Below are positions 63,514-64,000 of a DNA stretch of 64,000 bases, piece by piece. Position 1 is the stretch's first letter. Every line of letters starts with the position of its first letter. The notes under the pieces are model-generated. The model was not told where the DNA came from. It saw only the letters and a program-made list of their open reading frames with translations, and did no database searches. This DNA is from Sphagnum compactum (taxonomy: Eukaryota). The stretch is from contig OZ234494.1 of the NCBI GenBank assembly GCA_965153455.1, positions 3,906,001 to 3,970,000 of the forward strand, written 5' to 3'. The position numbers and the translations under genes are program-made.

Positions 63514-64000
63514 TATCGCAACCCTAGCCTTGGGCTCGCGACCAAGGTAAGGGATTACAAGGTTGCGAGCTAAGAGGGAAACCCGGGAGTCACCTCACAT
63601 GCTCTTGGGAGTGGAAAAGAGTGTGAGGGAATAGACCCTCACACTCCCAAGGGAACTCCCACATTGGGAGTTGGAGTCCAGGTGGACTCTTGAATGTTTA
63701 GAGAGTGATTGCAGGAGTCTAAACCTAATGGATTAAAAAGCTCTTTATATCATTGGAAAGCTATTGAAACGTAGATGTCTAAAATGGGCTTGTATAACCC
63801 ATTTGGACATCTGAAACACAAGTTATGGCCAAAAGAAGGGTCGGGAGGCAAATTGGCAATTTGACTCCTGACCACTAAAAGTCAGGAATCGACCCGATCT
63901 CCTTGTGTGCAGGTGGTGTGCGACATACCGTTGGAAAGCTCTCGACGAGGGCTACAACTTTGTTTCAGCCTCCATCTCAATCCGAGGTTTGCACACAAAG
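63514..64000 (+). mobile_element. LTR of the same family (variant 5' end), running off the window
   Basis: TATCGCAACCC start; AAGTTATGGCCAAAAGAAGGGTCGGGAG..AATTGGCA.TTTGACTCC.GACCACTAAAAGTC matches the reverse complement of ~42520-42590. Confidence 0.9.

Overview
Eukaryotic, AT-rich, repeat-dominated land-plant DNA. It is probably a bryophyte: the TGTCGCAACCC-type LTR and other repeats resemble what I recall from Sphagnum, but this is recollection, not a search result. I can support only one intact protein-coding gene, a 5-exon AVT6-like amino-acid transporter on the minus strand (22508-25827, 474 aa, all introns GT-AG). The rest is mostly nested, decayed transposons: several L1-type LINE remnants, three copies of one ~820-bp LTR family, a gag-like remnant, hAT and PIF/Harbinger transposase remnants, Tc1/pogo-, Tourist- and hAT-type MITEs, non-autonomous Helitron-like elements and several minisatellites. 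The most unusual items are (i) a block at 12.1-17.1 kb holding a Harbinger DDE remnant, a ~780-bp degenerate telomere-like array, a decayed atypical protein-kinase domain and an unknown ORF; (ii) a LINE with ORF1 inverted head-to-head against ORF2; (iii) a hAT MITE carrying a ~52-bp near-perfect hairpin; and (iv) a GC-rich RRM-type LINE ORF1 remnant. No credible tRNA, rRNA or CRISPR array was seen. Most TE boundaries without TSDs are approximate.
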